The notes beneath the pieces are model-generated. The model saw nothing but the letters and a program-made list of their open reading frames with translations, did not search any database and had not been told where the DNA came from. A DNA stretch of 60,000 nt from Chiloscyllium plagiosum (taxonomy: Eukaryota), in the NCBI RefSeq assembly GCF_004010195.1, contig NC_057753.1, forward strand, positions 880,330-940,329, in the 5' to 3' direction. This document shows, piece by piece, positions 1-11,959 of the stretch (position 1 is the stretch's first letter; each line of letters starts with the position of its first letter). The translations under genes were made by a program, and so were the position numbers.

Positions 1-528
1 AATCTAGTGTCCCTCCTCTATGAAGGATGTGGTGAAACGCGAACGTGTTTAGAAAAGATTTACAAGGATACTGCCAGATTTAGTGCATCTGATCTAAATG
101 GAGAAGTTGAATAGGCTGGGGCTGTTTTATTTGGAGCATGGAGGAAAAGAGGTTACGTTATAGAAGTTTATAAAATCATGAGGGGTGTGGATAGGGATAA
201 TAGACAAGATCTTTTCCCTGGGAATGGTGAGTCCACATCTAGAGGGCATAGGTTTAGGGTCAGAGGCGAAAACATAAAAGGGACCTAAGGGATAACTTTA
301 TCGTGCAGAGGTTGGTGTGCATATGGAATGAGTTATCAGAGGAAGTGGTGGACAGTGGTACAATTGCAACTGAAAAGTCATCTCGATGGGTATGTAAATA
401 GGAAGGGTTTCATGGAAGATTGGCAAAACAATCGCAAATGGAACAAGAATAGTTTAGGATATCTGGTTGGCATAGACGAGTTCTTCCACAAGATCTGTTT
501 CTTTTTTGTCTATCTCAATGACTCTATG
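1..528 (+). mobile_element. CR1 LINE, decayed RT C-terminus and 3' UTR
   Basis: Degenerate CR1 end (K..LNRLGLF.LE, ..VYKIMRG.DR, RGHRFRVRG) and 3' tail ...TCAATGACTCTATG. Confidence 0.85.
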
Positions 529-669
529 TCACTGACATTGGAAAAAAATCCTCAGAATATGTGCTATGCTTCAAACTTATGATCAGAATGCATGGATTAT
601 TCCGTCATCAGCTTGGGGCTCAACATTGACCAATGTTTTACATGGCCTCGCCATTTAAATATACACCGA

Positions 670-782
670 AGAATTGCAGATGCACGGAAGCTGGAAGGCA
701 GAGAAACTCAGAAGACGTAGCAGCATCTGTCGATTAAAAACACGAATTCATGTTGTGAGTCTGGAAATTCTTCGTCTGCTGT
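670..782. mobile_element. Degenerate Penelope-like terminal repeat fragment
   Basis: TGCAGATGC..GAGAAACTCAG..GCAGCATCTGT motif shared with copies at 22905, 29275 and 57180. Confidence 0.55.
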
Positions 783-2524
783 CATGTTTTGTCTAAAATA
801 ACCCCAGTGTGAACCTTTGTGGTGGGTAAGTGAACACCCTGCGAAACAAAGGCGAAGGATGGAATAGAGAGAAAGTGATGGCTGCACCAGTGATGTTCTA
901 GACCCAAGAACGAATTCAGAAACTAAGTGTTGAAATAATGTTATCGGAAATAACATCAACATATTCGTGCAATAATGTCATTTGAAAATTTCCAGAGGCA
1001 CATTCTTGAAATGGTTATAAGGATTTAGAGTGAAAACATCATTTGGCATTATTATTTTGTTAATACTCACATTTCATTCTTATGCCTTACGGTATGCAGT
1101 GCACGGCCAATTTTCAGCATGCTATCATTTTAAAATAAATAACCTTTCACTTATTTTCACGTTTAATCCCCCAGAAACACTATTAATACAGCACTTTTTA
1201 TAAAGAAAACGACCATAATTAATAAAATGGGATTTCAGTATGCAGTGTCCAGTAACTTTTGTTGAAATTTTTAATTTATCACTCATTAAACTGGAAACTG
1301 ATTGAAGCTACTCCCACGTGACAGCAGTAACACCCTTGTGTACATTAACAGTAAGCGAAATTTAGTTTCTTCAAAATGTCGACCGCTTCACAAAAAATGT
1401 GCTTTAGTGCTACATTTCTGATGCACTATCCTGTTAAAATTACAGGAAAGTGGATTTACAAGCATGCTGGGTAGTTTGTCCTGCTCACAGCCAATCCAGT
1501 TATGTGAAAACAAACAATGACGTATGATTACGTTAAAAATAGTTTGAAATTAACAGAAAGAAATCAAAAATTAAGCGGTTAAATATACTTGAAAAATTAT
1601 AGATTCAAGTATCAGAATGCGCCACCTGATGCAAAGTTTCAATAACTTGCCTCTTACTATTCATGTGGACTTGGAAAATGCCCAGGAAATTCCCAAAGAT
1701 TATTACTTTCGCTGGTTTCCACGACTTAATACATGGCAAAATACAGGATTTCTGACTTAAACGTTTAGCTCTGAATGAAAAACTAGCATATTATCTTTCT
1801 GTCAAGATTAACTAAACGGAATTAAACTGATATCTAAGAGAAAGGGTAATATGCTATGGCGTCATCAGTGTTCAGTGATTATTAATGTGTTGAGATTTAA
1901 TTTCAGGAACATCAACTTGCGTCATCTAGTCACTGGTGTTTGTTAGTCATGTAATGTGGACGCCCAGGAACCGAAGAAAGTTGTTCAGATTCTTTGATCT
2001 TTTTATCCTTGAACTTTGATAATACTTAACTTGTGTCTTAATCAATGACCAACCTTGGCTTTATATGGTGAAACCCTACCTCGCAAATATCTAGCGACTT
2101 CAGTTATTACTATTCCCACAATTTACTATCATTTCAGAGAGATAGCTCCTGATTTCAATGGCCCTTGTTGTGAAAATACTTTGACTCGTAAATGGCCTAG
2201 CCATAAGTCTGCAATGATGGCAGCAAAACGACATAATTTTTAAAAATCTGCTGTGATACTTGTACCATTTAGTTCATTTGATTTAAACAGATCCTCCCCC
2301 TTATATCATTCACCGAAGACACACAATGTTTCTGGAACAAGTTTCTCATAATTTATTTCGAAGCACAGGAATAATTTTTCCTCATATTTCTAAGCTACAT
2401 CTCCAACTAGAAGAATTTATGCAACACTAAAAGTACAAGTTTGGACAAAATTCTGGACAGCGAAAGAATCGCTTGGTCTGTGTTATAGTCTCCTCGCTCT
2501 TTCTGCCAGCCATTTAATATACAA

Positions 2525-2800
2525 CCCCTACGGTATGCAAGCAGACCTTTCGGAGCAGCGAATCCATACCGATCTGTGAAGAATATTCCACCGGACCCAC
2601 GCGCTACAGTATCCCTTCCACCCTGCAGTCCCCATGGCTAATCCACCTACACATTCTTAGATTGTGAAGAAAGCCAGAATATCCGGAGATGAGTGTAGAA
2701 TGCACAAACTCCTCGCAGTCAGTCATTGGACAGAAGTTGCAGTCGAAACCGGGTCCCTGATGTAGTGACGTGCAGTGCCAACCTTTCAGCCATCATCCCA
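2525..2800 (-). mobile_element. HE1-type V-SINE, degenerate
   Basis: Reverse-complement similarity to the SINE copies at 14825 and 55356. Confidence 0.6.
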
Positions 2801-4174
2801 GATATTTATGATTCAGAAATAATGTAGCCTCCGTCTCTTTGCCCCTTCACTACATCTGTCATAGCTTTTACATATTGTCTCAATGTCTCTGTACATTTAT
2901 CTTAGTTAATATTACACAACAAAGGGTGACACCCAAACGGTTTGTGTATTACTTAATTCGAACAACATTCTTTGTCTTGAGCCTGGGCACGTGACGTCAT
3001 AACCGATCTTTTCAGAAAATCTACCGATTCTGCTTGGCGCATCTCACTCTATCCATTCACAATAGAATCACAATTATATGTCTCAATCAGTTTGTCTGCA
3101 TTTTCTAGCTCCAGGCCCTCTCACAAATCCTGTCAATCATGCTCTCCTCCTGTGTGCTTGTTTCTCCCTCTCTTTGCGTGTTTTCTTCTTCATCTTTCCT
3201 CAGATTCATAACGATGGAAAATGTTTGTTCAAAAGCTCGAGACAAGTCGATTAGGTTTTACATTAAGAGCGCAGACTTCTTTCCTGCTCCCTGACTGTGG
3301 ATATTCAACGGATATAACAGCACACAACGTTTCACAAATCATGCCTTACTTCCGTCGGCCCAGGAAAAGGACAATGAAATTTCAGTGTCAAAACTTCTAC
3401 TTAAAAAAAGCTAACGGAATTACCAACCTGATTCTTTTCCGATGTAAGGAATGTTTCTTACCACTCCTTTCACCAAATTACTCCCGAACAGTTGGTGCAC
3501 CATATTAATACAAGTAACGTTTGCAAGTTAATTTTTTTTTTGTTCGTCCATCTGTTTCCTCTCTATTTCCCTTCTCTCAAGAGTGAGGTCACCACGAGAT
3601 ACTCATGCAGTATCTAGCCTTTCGTTTATTGCTTCTTTAACTTCATGCAAGAAAACGCAGCCATAGTTGATCCCGCCCACCTCCTGATGATGATTTGAAT
3701 GCATGCCGGTTTTTTTTTGCTCCATTACCTTTAAAACAAATGATGACACCTTAACAGAAAAAAGGTTTATTTTCCTTTGTCACTACAGACCATTGTTGGA
3801 AAGCGTGTGCTACAAACAAAATGTCAAAACTACAGCATTTTGAAATATATTGCACAAGTATGACCTGCTGTTTGATCATATGAGCATTTTATTCAACCAT
3901 TCGATGTCTTAACTAATGCAGAAACAAATTGATATCATAAGGCACATAAGATACTAACCTGAAGAAAATGAATTCAAGATCTGGAAGCAAAATGTCTTAC
4001 GTGCAATTGGTTCTTAATTTGGAGCAGTTGGATGTTGCTGTTTTCCATCAATCAACACAAATCCCTGTCCCAAGTTGATCTGTAATAAATTATCTATTTT
4101 ATGGATTACGCTTTTAAAGGAGAAACCTGAAAATCTCTGGAATGTTTTCCTCTCGGATATATCTATGCACCACT

Positions 4175-4632
4175 CTGATTACTGTGATGTCAGGGCTGAC
4201 ATATGAAGGAAGACTGGATCGATTCGGCTTATGTTCACTGGAGTTCAGAAGGTTGAAGAGTAACCTCATTAAAATCTCTGCATGTCTGACAGGAGTAGAT
4301 AAGGTAATTGCAAAAAGAACGTTCGCAATGAGCAGCCATTACAGAGATTAAGGATAAGGTGTAGGACACTGAGACCTGAAAAGAGAAGAATTATATTCCA
4401 CAGAGTGTGATAAAACTTGTGGAATAATTTCTAAGGAAGTGCTGGAGTCCAAACATTGAATGTTTTCAGGAAGGTGTTCAATATCGTTCTTCAGGAAAAA
4501 GTGATCAAATATTCTGGAGAGAAAGTGGGATCAGACCACTGAGTTGGCTAACTGGCCATGATCATATTAAACGGACGAACATGTTTGAAAGACCCAGTCA
4601 CCTATCGCTCTGCTCCGATTTTCTATGTTTCA
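4175..4632 (+). mobile_element. CR1 LINE 3' fragment that predates the duplication
   Basis: MSGLTYEGRLDRFGLCSLEFRRLK; counterpart at the paralogous site 46855-47660. Confidence 0.8.
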
Positions 4633-5509
4633 ATCAAAAGCTCTATTATCTGATCAATGAAAATGACAGTTTAAGTGTTTTTTTTTTAACAAATGTGATA
4701 TTGAGATCACAAAAGAATAACGTTGAAATGCCACTGTCATTACCACGAAAATCATGGTGATTACTTGATCGAATGTGGCTCAATGTAATAGAAATAATCA
4801 TTTCTGTTCATTTTAAGGAGCATGTAAATGAAGAAGCTCAACAGCGGGTTGATTTTGATTTTATTGATCAAATCACCCCGACAGATATTGTGCCCTGCAG
4901 TAGTTGTCCTCTAATCCATAAATTGGGAATTCTAGTCAGCTATTTCTCTGCGACTTTCTGTTGCACAATTAAATAGCAGCAGCTCAAAAGCTATGAAGTC
5001 CCTGCATGAAATTCATCTGTTTGTTCATACATGAAATTATATCTCAGTTATCCAAATAATTGAAATTGGAATCAGCTTTCAAGTGGTATAAGGCTATGAG
5101 ATAACGCGAGGCAATTTTATGCATATGCTACAGAGAATTGTAGATGCAGGATGGCACCAAGGCATGGCTTAGGGATTTACATTCTTCCCGAGATTGTGTC
5201 ACATTGTGGGATTTGTTGGTATTTTCTGGAGCTATAATGAGACAGAATAATCACAGTTTTCATTGCATAATGGAGGCTGAGAAACATGCCACGAGGCTGC
5301 AAAATATGCCAGGTATTACAAACAGAGGCAATGATTTAGTTTAAATTCGTATTGACAGACTGTTGTCAGAGAAGGCAGACCAGCTGGGTTAAGTTAGCAA
5401 GCATACCAGACCATAAAATGACGACTGTGCGAAGTTGTTCACTGGCCTTTTCAGAGTTGATAGAAAATGACGGAATTATGAGATTACTTTGCGATTGTTA
5501 CCATGTATG

Positions 5510-5670
5510 GGCGAAAGTGAGGACTGCAGATGCTGGAGATTATAATCGAGAGTGTGGTGCTGTAAACGCACAGCAGGTCAGGCAGCATCCGAGGCACAAG
5601 AAGTCCTTCCTGATGAAGAGTTTTTGCTCAAAATGTCGACTCTCCTGCGTCTAGGATGCTGCCTGACTTG
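5510..5670. mobile_element. Fold-back Penelope-end element with decayed hammerhead motif
   Basis: GTCAGGCAGCATCC...GGATGCTGCCTGAC inverted arms; CTGATGA-AGAGTTTTTGCTC-AAAATGTC; absent from copy B. Confidence 0.75.
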
Positions 5671-6289
5671 TTACAAAATATGACAGTCAGTATACAGAGA
5701 AGTTATTTTCACAGTGAACTTAGAGAGAGTTGAGCCCTGGTATTGTTGTTCTGGACTGAAGGTAAGTAGGGATGTAACATTGGCTTAATTCTCATCTTCA
5801 GCTTTATCAAGGACATTCCTTGCACTGGCAGGTCAGAGTTCGCAGTATTTGCTTATCATTGCAAAGTTAGCAGTACAAACTATCACTCCTCAGATTCTGA
5901 AGCAGTGCAATAACAAATAAAGAGCGACAATGACAAGATCCAGGTTTTGCACAAAAGTGGAGAGCAACACACCAAACAGATTTGAAGCTATGACTCAACT
6001 TAATCAAGGGAAAATTTAACCATTGTCTCTTGACTCTATTATTACAGCCGCCCATTCCCCGTTTTCAATACCTTGATGGTTAGCAATTGCGTGAAATTGA
6101 ATGCAACAACCATATAAATACTGGAGCTGCAAGGACACATCCTAAGTGGCAACTTTGCTTCGCATAATTCACCTTCTGTTACCAGACTGATTTAGCTATA
6201 ATTACAAATTAGAATTCCTGTGTGTGCTGTAAGTTATTGGCTTGAACGTGTGCAGCTTAATCAATATGACAGAAGTTGACACCAACCAA

Positions 6290-6690
6290 GAGAAAGCAGT
6301 CTATTTGATTGATATCACATCAACCACCATCAACAAGTGCTTGGGTCACAGAGGCCGATAATTGTACTATCAGCAAGATGCAGTCACCAAGACTAATGAC
6401 GACATTAATTTCCAATCTGGGAGACTCAAATAAAGATAATGGCAATGGCAGCAGATGCACAGCAACAATGCCACCTACACGTTGTTTCTAAGCTGCACAC
6501 GAACATGACATAGAAAAGCATTCCCAGTCGTTATGTCAAAATTCTGGAACACGCTTTCAAAAATACCGATAGGTGCTTTCACATCAACAGAAGTGATTCA
6601 ACAAAAGAGCTTGCCAGCACTTCTTTCTGGTAAATTAGAAATATATTAATATTGAATGACCTCGCCGGTGATGCTAGCATCCAGAGAGGA
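6290..6690 (+). mobile_element. Old CR1/L2-like LINE 3' end
   Basis: Same family as 47680-48560 (-); paralogous copy at ~50090-50490. Confidence 0.55.
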
Positions 6691-7002
6691 TTAAATTGGA
6701 GGTTAATTATAGAAATAGTACAGGGCGATGAAAGTAAGTGGAAGCTTCAGGTCATTTACGGATTAAAAACGGGCGAACAAAAAAAAAGAAGTACATTTGA
6801 AAATGAGAGCAGTAAATAGGTACTCTGGCCTAACATAAATGAAACTCCGATGAAGAAATTTATTAGTGAACTTGATTTGGTGTAAATACAAGTCTGCAGA
6901 GAGAGCAGGGAAATGTGATTATCTTAAAGTATTACAGGATTAATGGGTGGACAGATTCGTAATAAAATGGATGCAGATTTGTAACTATAAAGGGTCACGT
7001 TA

Positions 7003-7160
7003 TCAATACATTTGGGTCCCTTCTGTTTGATACATGGCAACAATAATACATATTTTCTCAGTCACTTCCGTTTTGTTTTCCTGAGACTTGTGTAACCATG
7101 GAAACTCTTCACCACAGTAATCAGTGGCAGGCAGCTTTCCTGCACAGACTCGTTGGCTTG
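7003..7160 (-). CDS. Candidate exon 2 of an unknown small protein (SQRVCAGKLPATDYCGEEFPWLHK...QMY*)
   Basis: Acceptor ttttgaattttcAG conserved in copy B (gtttttAG at 50962); phase matches the 8143 donor; locally high A/B identity; AATAAA on - strand at 6859-6864. No family recognised. Confidence 0.3.
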
Positions 7161-8142
7161 CTGAAAATTCAAAATGCCAAAAAGGAAGCGATTCATCATT
7201 GTCTACAAGCCCTCGACGTTTAACGGTGGTAATCACCTCTGATTAATGGGGTCATTCTGAACTGAAATGCAGATTATTGCGATTTTTGGGTGGAATATTC
7301 ATTTCTGTCAACTCCTGCAACCTGCTGTGTGTTTGGATAATGTATCCCGCATTTTGACAATGCCTTGAGTAGATCATTCTATAGGTTTTTACACAACCGA
7401 GATGCAGATCAATACTGAGGAAAAGAGATGCACAATAGCTATGGATAAAACACTCACAGCCCAAAAGTACCACAATTGATTTCCCTATCTTACAGAATGG
7501 CATTCGTCATATGATAACAATGTTTTACAGATATTTCAATCAATTTGCTCGATATGTTTGGGCGCACATTTCGGGAAGGAGGCTTACACCATACGTTATT
7601 GAGTGAAGATATAAAGAATGGGCGGTCTGAAATTGAATTTTATTCAGATTGTTTGAATCATTTTCCAGTTAGTGTCTCGACTTGAGTTTGTTATTTTTTC
7701 TTACAAATAACAGTTATATTTTCTAATTAAGATGTGATTATTATCTTTCAACTTCTCAGAAATAGTGCAACTTCAGTGGTAAGCAGAGCATATCTGTGTT
7801 CTAATCATTAGAGAAAACAGCAAGACCAGACCAGTTTGCATGAAGACATTTACTGTCTCCATAGCTCCAAGGGCAATATAATTATTCACCGTCTGTCTCT
7901 ATTTCATTGACTACCCTAAATTGAGGAGGAACATTAGCAATAGTGTTTAAATTAATTTGTGTTAGTTTTTAAGTTCAATTCCACATAAATTGGAACATTA
8001 GACAAGACTACTGTTAATATGAAAAACGAAACGTTGAAACAAGAGGCCGATTCACAACTGAAGCCATTGAACTCGTTTGTGGTTATTCGACGCATTAACT
8101 TATGTAACTATTTGAAATGAATAGATGTTAACTTGACCTCAC

Positions 8143-8293
8143 TGAAATCGATAGACTTGGTCTTGAAATCTGTGTCTGTCATTATTAGTAGCCAGATGAG
8201 AGAGAATTGAAACTGGATAACGCCCAATTTCCAAAGCATGATTCCTGATTTCACTGTTATGTTTGTTCCTTCTAATTTAACAATTACGTTTGT
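8143..8293 (-). CDS. Candidate exon encoding a signal-peptide-like segment, MLWKLGVIQFQFSLIWLLIMTDTDFKTKSIDF (ATG at 8239)
   Basis: Strong acceptor tttctgctgttctttacttttaacAG and donor TTCA/GTGAG, both conserved in copy B (52130, 51986); frame open across the whole exon in copy A. Confidence 0.4.
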
Positions 8294-9019
8294 CTGTTAA
8301 AAGTAAAGAACAGCAGAAATTCACACAAAAATTTCACTTTGGGCATTTTCAGTGCGCTAATATTTCAGTTATTATGAGTTTATTGCTAGACGTATTCTGA
8401 TTTCATTTTCTCACTACTTTTACAGCCTTCTTGACTCAACATTAAGTTTCACAACCTCAGACGACGAACAGCATAATTAATTCAGAATCTTATATTTCGC
8501 CATAATGTTTGTATTTTCTTTAAAGTGATTTACGTCATTTGGAGCTGATTCTTCTTACTGTAATTTCAATCTACTGCGGCTGAATATTTGTCTCGTGTGC
8601 CTAACAATCCTCACTTCTTCAGTTTTGTCTCATTGCACAATCTAACCTCCAGTCACCACTGACACCTAATCTTTCCTGGAGCTTCCGTTTTATTCCTCTC
8701 AATTTCCCTTTATTCAACGACTGAATACTGAATTCTGAAACATCAGATCCAACCGCATGATGTCTATTATCCATCTTCAGCACCTTCGCCCCTCGGCCTC
8801 CCATACAGACCTTGCCTTTTTTTGTCTTTTGTTTGCTTTTCTCTCAGTAGGCAGCATCTGTTTCTGTCCCTTCACACATCAAATATATCCATTTTGCATC
8901 TCTATTTCTCTTTCACCATAATTAATAAATAGTTCGTTTTTGCACCAGGCCTCCACATCACCTGTTCTATCTCCAGATCCACCTCCATCAGCAGTATTAC
9001 AGAAAACAAATATACTTTT

Positions 9020-9415
9020 AATCGGAGAAATTACTCAATTGAACAGCTACCACACAAGAGTGGATGAGGTGAAATTGACAAGCTTTTTATTACAAGCAAT
9101 ATCGCAGGAAGAGAAATTGACTAGGCTGATACAGAACTGACAGACTGTACAGGTAGATCAAGCGTTCTCTTCCTTAAGCATTGGGAACAGGCAGTTTTAT
9201 AGGGGTGCAGTAATGTGGTGTGAATTACATTACAATCAACAGTAAAACACAATCAATGGGGGGACAATCAGCCGCACGATAGCAGCAATCAGTCCGTGAA
9301 TGAGTGAGGAGATTCCGATCCTCTGTGAGAGTAGGTGCAAATGTTTCTCATCCTGGCATCATATGTTATTTATGGCCATACTGTAGGTTGTCAGGGAAGC
9401 GGATTTCCTCCCAGA
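9020..9415 (-). promoter_or_regulatory. ERV 3' LTR
   Basis: Follows PPT AAAGGGGGAA (~9417-9426, -); TATA box CCTATAAAA at ~9195-9203 and AATAAA at 9086-9091 on the - strand; exact ends uncertain. Confidence 0.7.
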
Positions 9416-9589
9416 ATTCCCCCTTTAGTATTGTTTTTAAGGGAATGATGAGAAGGGGGCAATGTCTCCACAGCTAGAGGGCGTGGTTGCCAGGCGCGGG
9501 GTTGGGTAGGGGTTCGGAATCGGAGGGATAGCCATCGGAGTCCACGTCCAAAGCAGCCCAGGGCCAGGGATGTTCTACTCGTGCATCTG

Positions 9590-10720
9590 GACCAGATCAG
9601 TTGTCAGGGGGCCCGGTGGTAGCAGCATCTAAGACAAGCGCAAACAGCACGTTCTGATGGCCATGATCAGCGCTTAATCACGGCAATGACAGCAATGAGG
9701 GCTATCAGTCTATGCAGCAGGACTTTGCACCATGAGCCCAGCCAGGATGTTGCTCTACTCCACTGGTCCCAGTGTGACCCTGTAGGATGGCCGCAGCCTG
9801 TCGGATATGCTGAGCCAGGTCACTCATATTGTCAGTTGGGTCGGGAATATATGTACAGCAGTCTGCACCGATGAGTGCAAGTGCCCCCTTTCATGGCCAG
9901 CAGGTAGTCAAGGGCCATTCTGTTGTGTAGAGTCACACTGCAAATGACATCAGCCTCTGTATTCAGCTGGGCATGAGCCATGGCGGAGCCATTGGCTGCT
10001 TCCTCTGAAGGGGTGGTGAGCTGCTGGGCTTCTATTTCCAGCCGCAGAGCTTTATAGGGGAATACAAAGATGGAGAGGATTGTGTCGAGGGCAGTGAGGG
10101 TTCGTTTGCTGCGAGGTATGGGTTTTGTGAAGGGGAAGGACTGGGACTGGTAGACGAATAGCACCATGTTCCCAAAATAGCTGCTTCCAGAGAAGGACAG
10201 AAGCAGCCCAGGATAAGTCTTGTGACCACAGATGAAATGAGTTTCGTTATGAAATGAGTGTCTAGTAGTCTCAGTAAGAAACAGGGCCGGAGGTTCGTGG
10301 GAGAGGTAGCAGGCGAAGTTGAGACACCCTTTAATTTTATCTAACTGGTATCCCGCAGACCTCCAGCGGGCTGGACTATTAAACCCGGAGCTGGCCATAT
10401 GCGGTGGTATGCTGAGTGTGATGACTTCGGGGGACCTGTCTCTTTCCAGCCACCATTCATCCGTGTCTGAGGTGTGAAAAGGAATGGATCCCAAGGGAAT
10501 GCTTTCATGGGAGTGGATGGGTCACGTGCGAAGTCCAGTAACGGGTCTAGTTGACTTTTTGGGCATAAACATGGGCAATATGTCAGAAAATGTTGATCCG
10601 CAACTCAACACCACGTAGATGCAACGCTGCACGTGCCCTGTCCCCAGTGATCCGTGGTGTGATGGTCAGCATGAGGGAGATAATGATAATGGCTGCGGTG
10701 AGCAGCGGGATCCTTCCTTG
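9590..10720 (-). pseudogene. env: Retroviral gamma-type envelope, frameshifted
   Basis: Signal-like LLTAAIIISLMLTIT, furin site RSKR, fusion peptide, ISD TLHNRMALDYLLAMKGGTC, frameshifted CCTYIPD, TM WLGSWCKVLLHRLIALIAVIAVI. Confidence 0.92.
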
Positions 10721-10789
10721 ACTATCGAAGCTGTCATCTGTGGCCCTACTGGCTTGTCATCTGTGGCCCTTCTGGCTTGTCGTCCTGCT

Positions 10790-10906
10790 GGGGTGGAGCT
10801 GTCCTGTAGCGGGTTGCATGTATCCACTCGGGTCTTCCTTCCATTTTGACAGCTGTTCGGCTTTTCAAGAGGACCAGAAACGGGTCATTCCAAAGAGGAG
10901 AGTGAA

Positions 10907-10959
<53 letters not shown>

Positions 10960-11880
10960 ACATTTTTCCAGCGATTTTATCATAACATAATGCCCAGATT
11001 GGAATGTTTGAAGTGGCACTCGCTGGGGTATGGGCAGTGCCGCTTTTACTAAATCCTGATGTAAATTCATGAATCCCGGTACGTCATCCAGTAGAGCCTC
11101 CTGTCTGAGGAGCACTGCTGTGTTCATCGACAACTTTGGGGGCCTTGTAGCTATGGGCAGGTGTCGCTCCCATAAGCACTTCAAAAGGGTTGAGCTCCGT
11201 GGTGCGGTTCATCTGGCCACAAATGTTGTAGAGAGATAGTGGTAAGGCATCAGGCCAGGTCAGGCCCGTGTCTTGTGTGATTTTGGGGAGTATAGTTTTG
11301 GGCGTGCCATTCATCCATTCCACTCTGTCTAACGACTGGAGTTTGTCGGGGATGTGGTGTTTCATGGCATTCTCAGCGCCTCGCAAATGCCAATAGTTAG
11401 TTTTGCCGTAAGGTGAGTCCCCCTGTCTGTATCGATGTTGCCCAGGACCCGAATCTGTGAATCACATCGCGTAGCATTCGTGTGACCACAGTTCGTGCGT
11501 CATCGTTCTAAATGAGGAATGCTTCCACCCATTTTGAAAACATATCAATAATGACCAGGATGTATTTGATTATTTGGTTCGAGAGTATTTGGGCGAAGTT
11601 AATCTGCAAGTGGGTGAAGGACCCCTCAGGAACAGGTACGTGGTCATACCTAGCCACAGGCTTCCCTGCATTGTTTTGCAAACAAATAAGGGACCGTGGC
11701 ATCAGGGCTTGGGCAGTGGCAGCGAATTCCGGTGTGCACCAAGATTGCTTGACAACGTGCAGCATGCCACCCTTACCCGTGTAGCTGATGCTGTGGACTG
11801 CCAGGGCCAATGAATGCAGAAGGCCTCACGGACAAATAATGGGCCATCGGGGTGGAAAAGCAGCTGTATGGAAAGTGACT
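10790..11880 (-). pseudogene. pol: Retroviral integrase, disrupted
   Basis: Degenerate HHCC region, LQINF (D to N), IIDMFSKWVEAF, DTDRGTH, VEWMNGT, C-terminal AVKMEGRPEWIHA. Confidence 0.92.
10907..10959. repeat. (TG)n(AG)n compound microsatellite inside integrase
   Basis: Direct reading. Confidence 0.95.
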
Positions 11881-11959
11881 GTTTAGCTCCAAGTCGGGCC
11901 CAGCTGTGCTCCTTTCCTGCAACAGTGTCTTGAGCAGCTCGCACTGCTGCCATGGGGTG

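Noticed and set aside
5714..5766. Plus-strand mini-exon with an AAG|GTAAGT donor
   Set aside because: Donor absent in the paralog and no linked exons found
7098..7223. Plus-strand ORF METLHHSNQWQAAF... conserved in both duplicates
   Set aside because: Stop positions differ, there is no splice or promoter support, and it is explained by conservation of the block for other reasons
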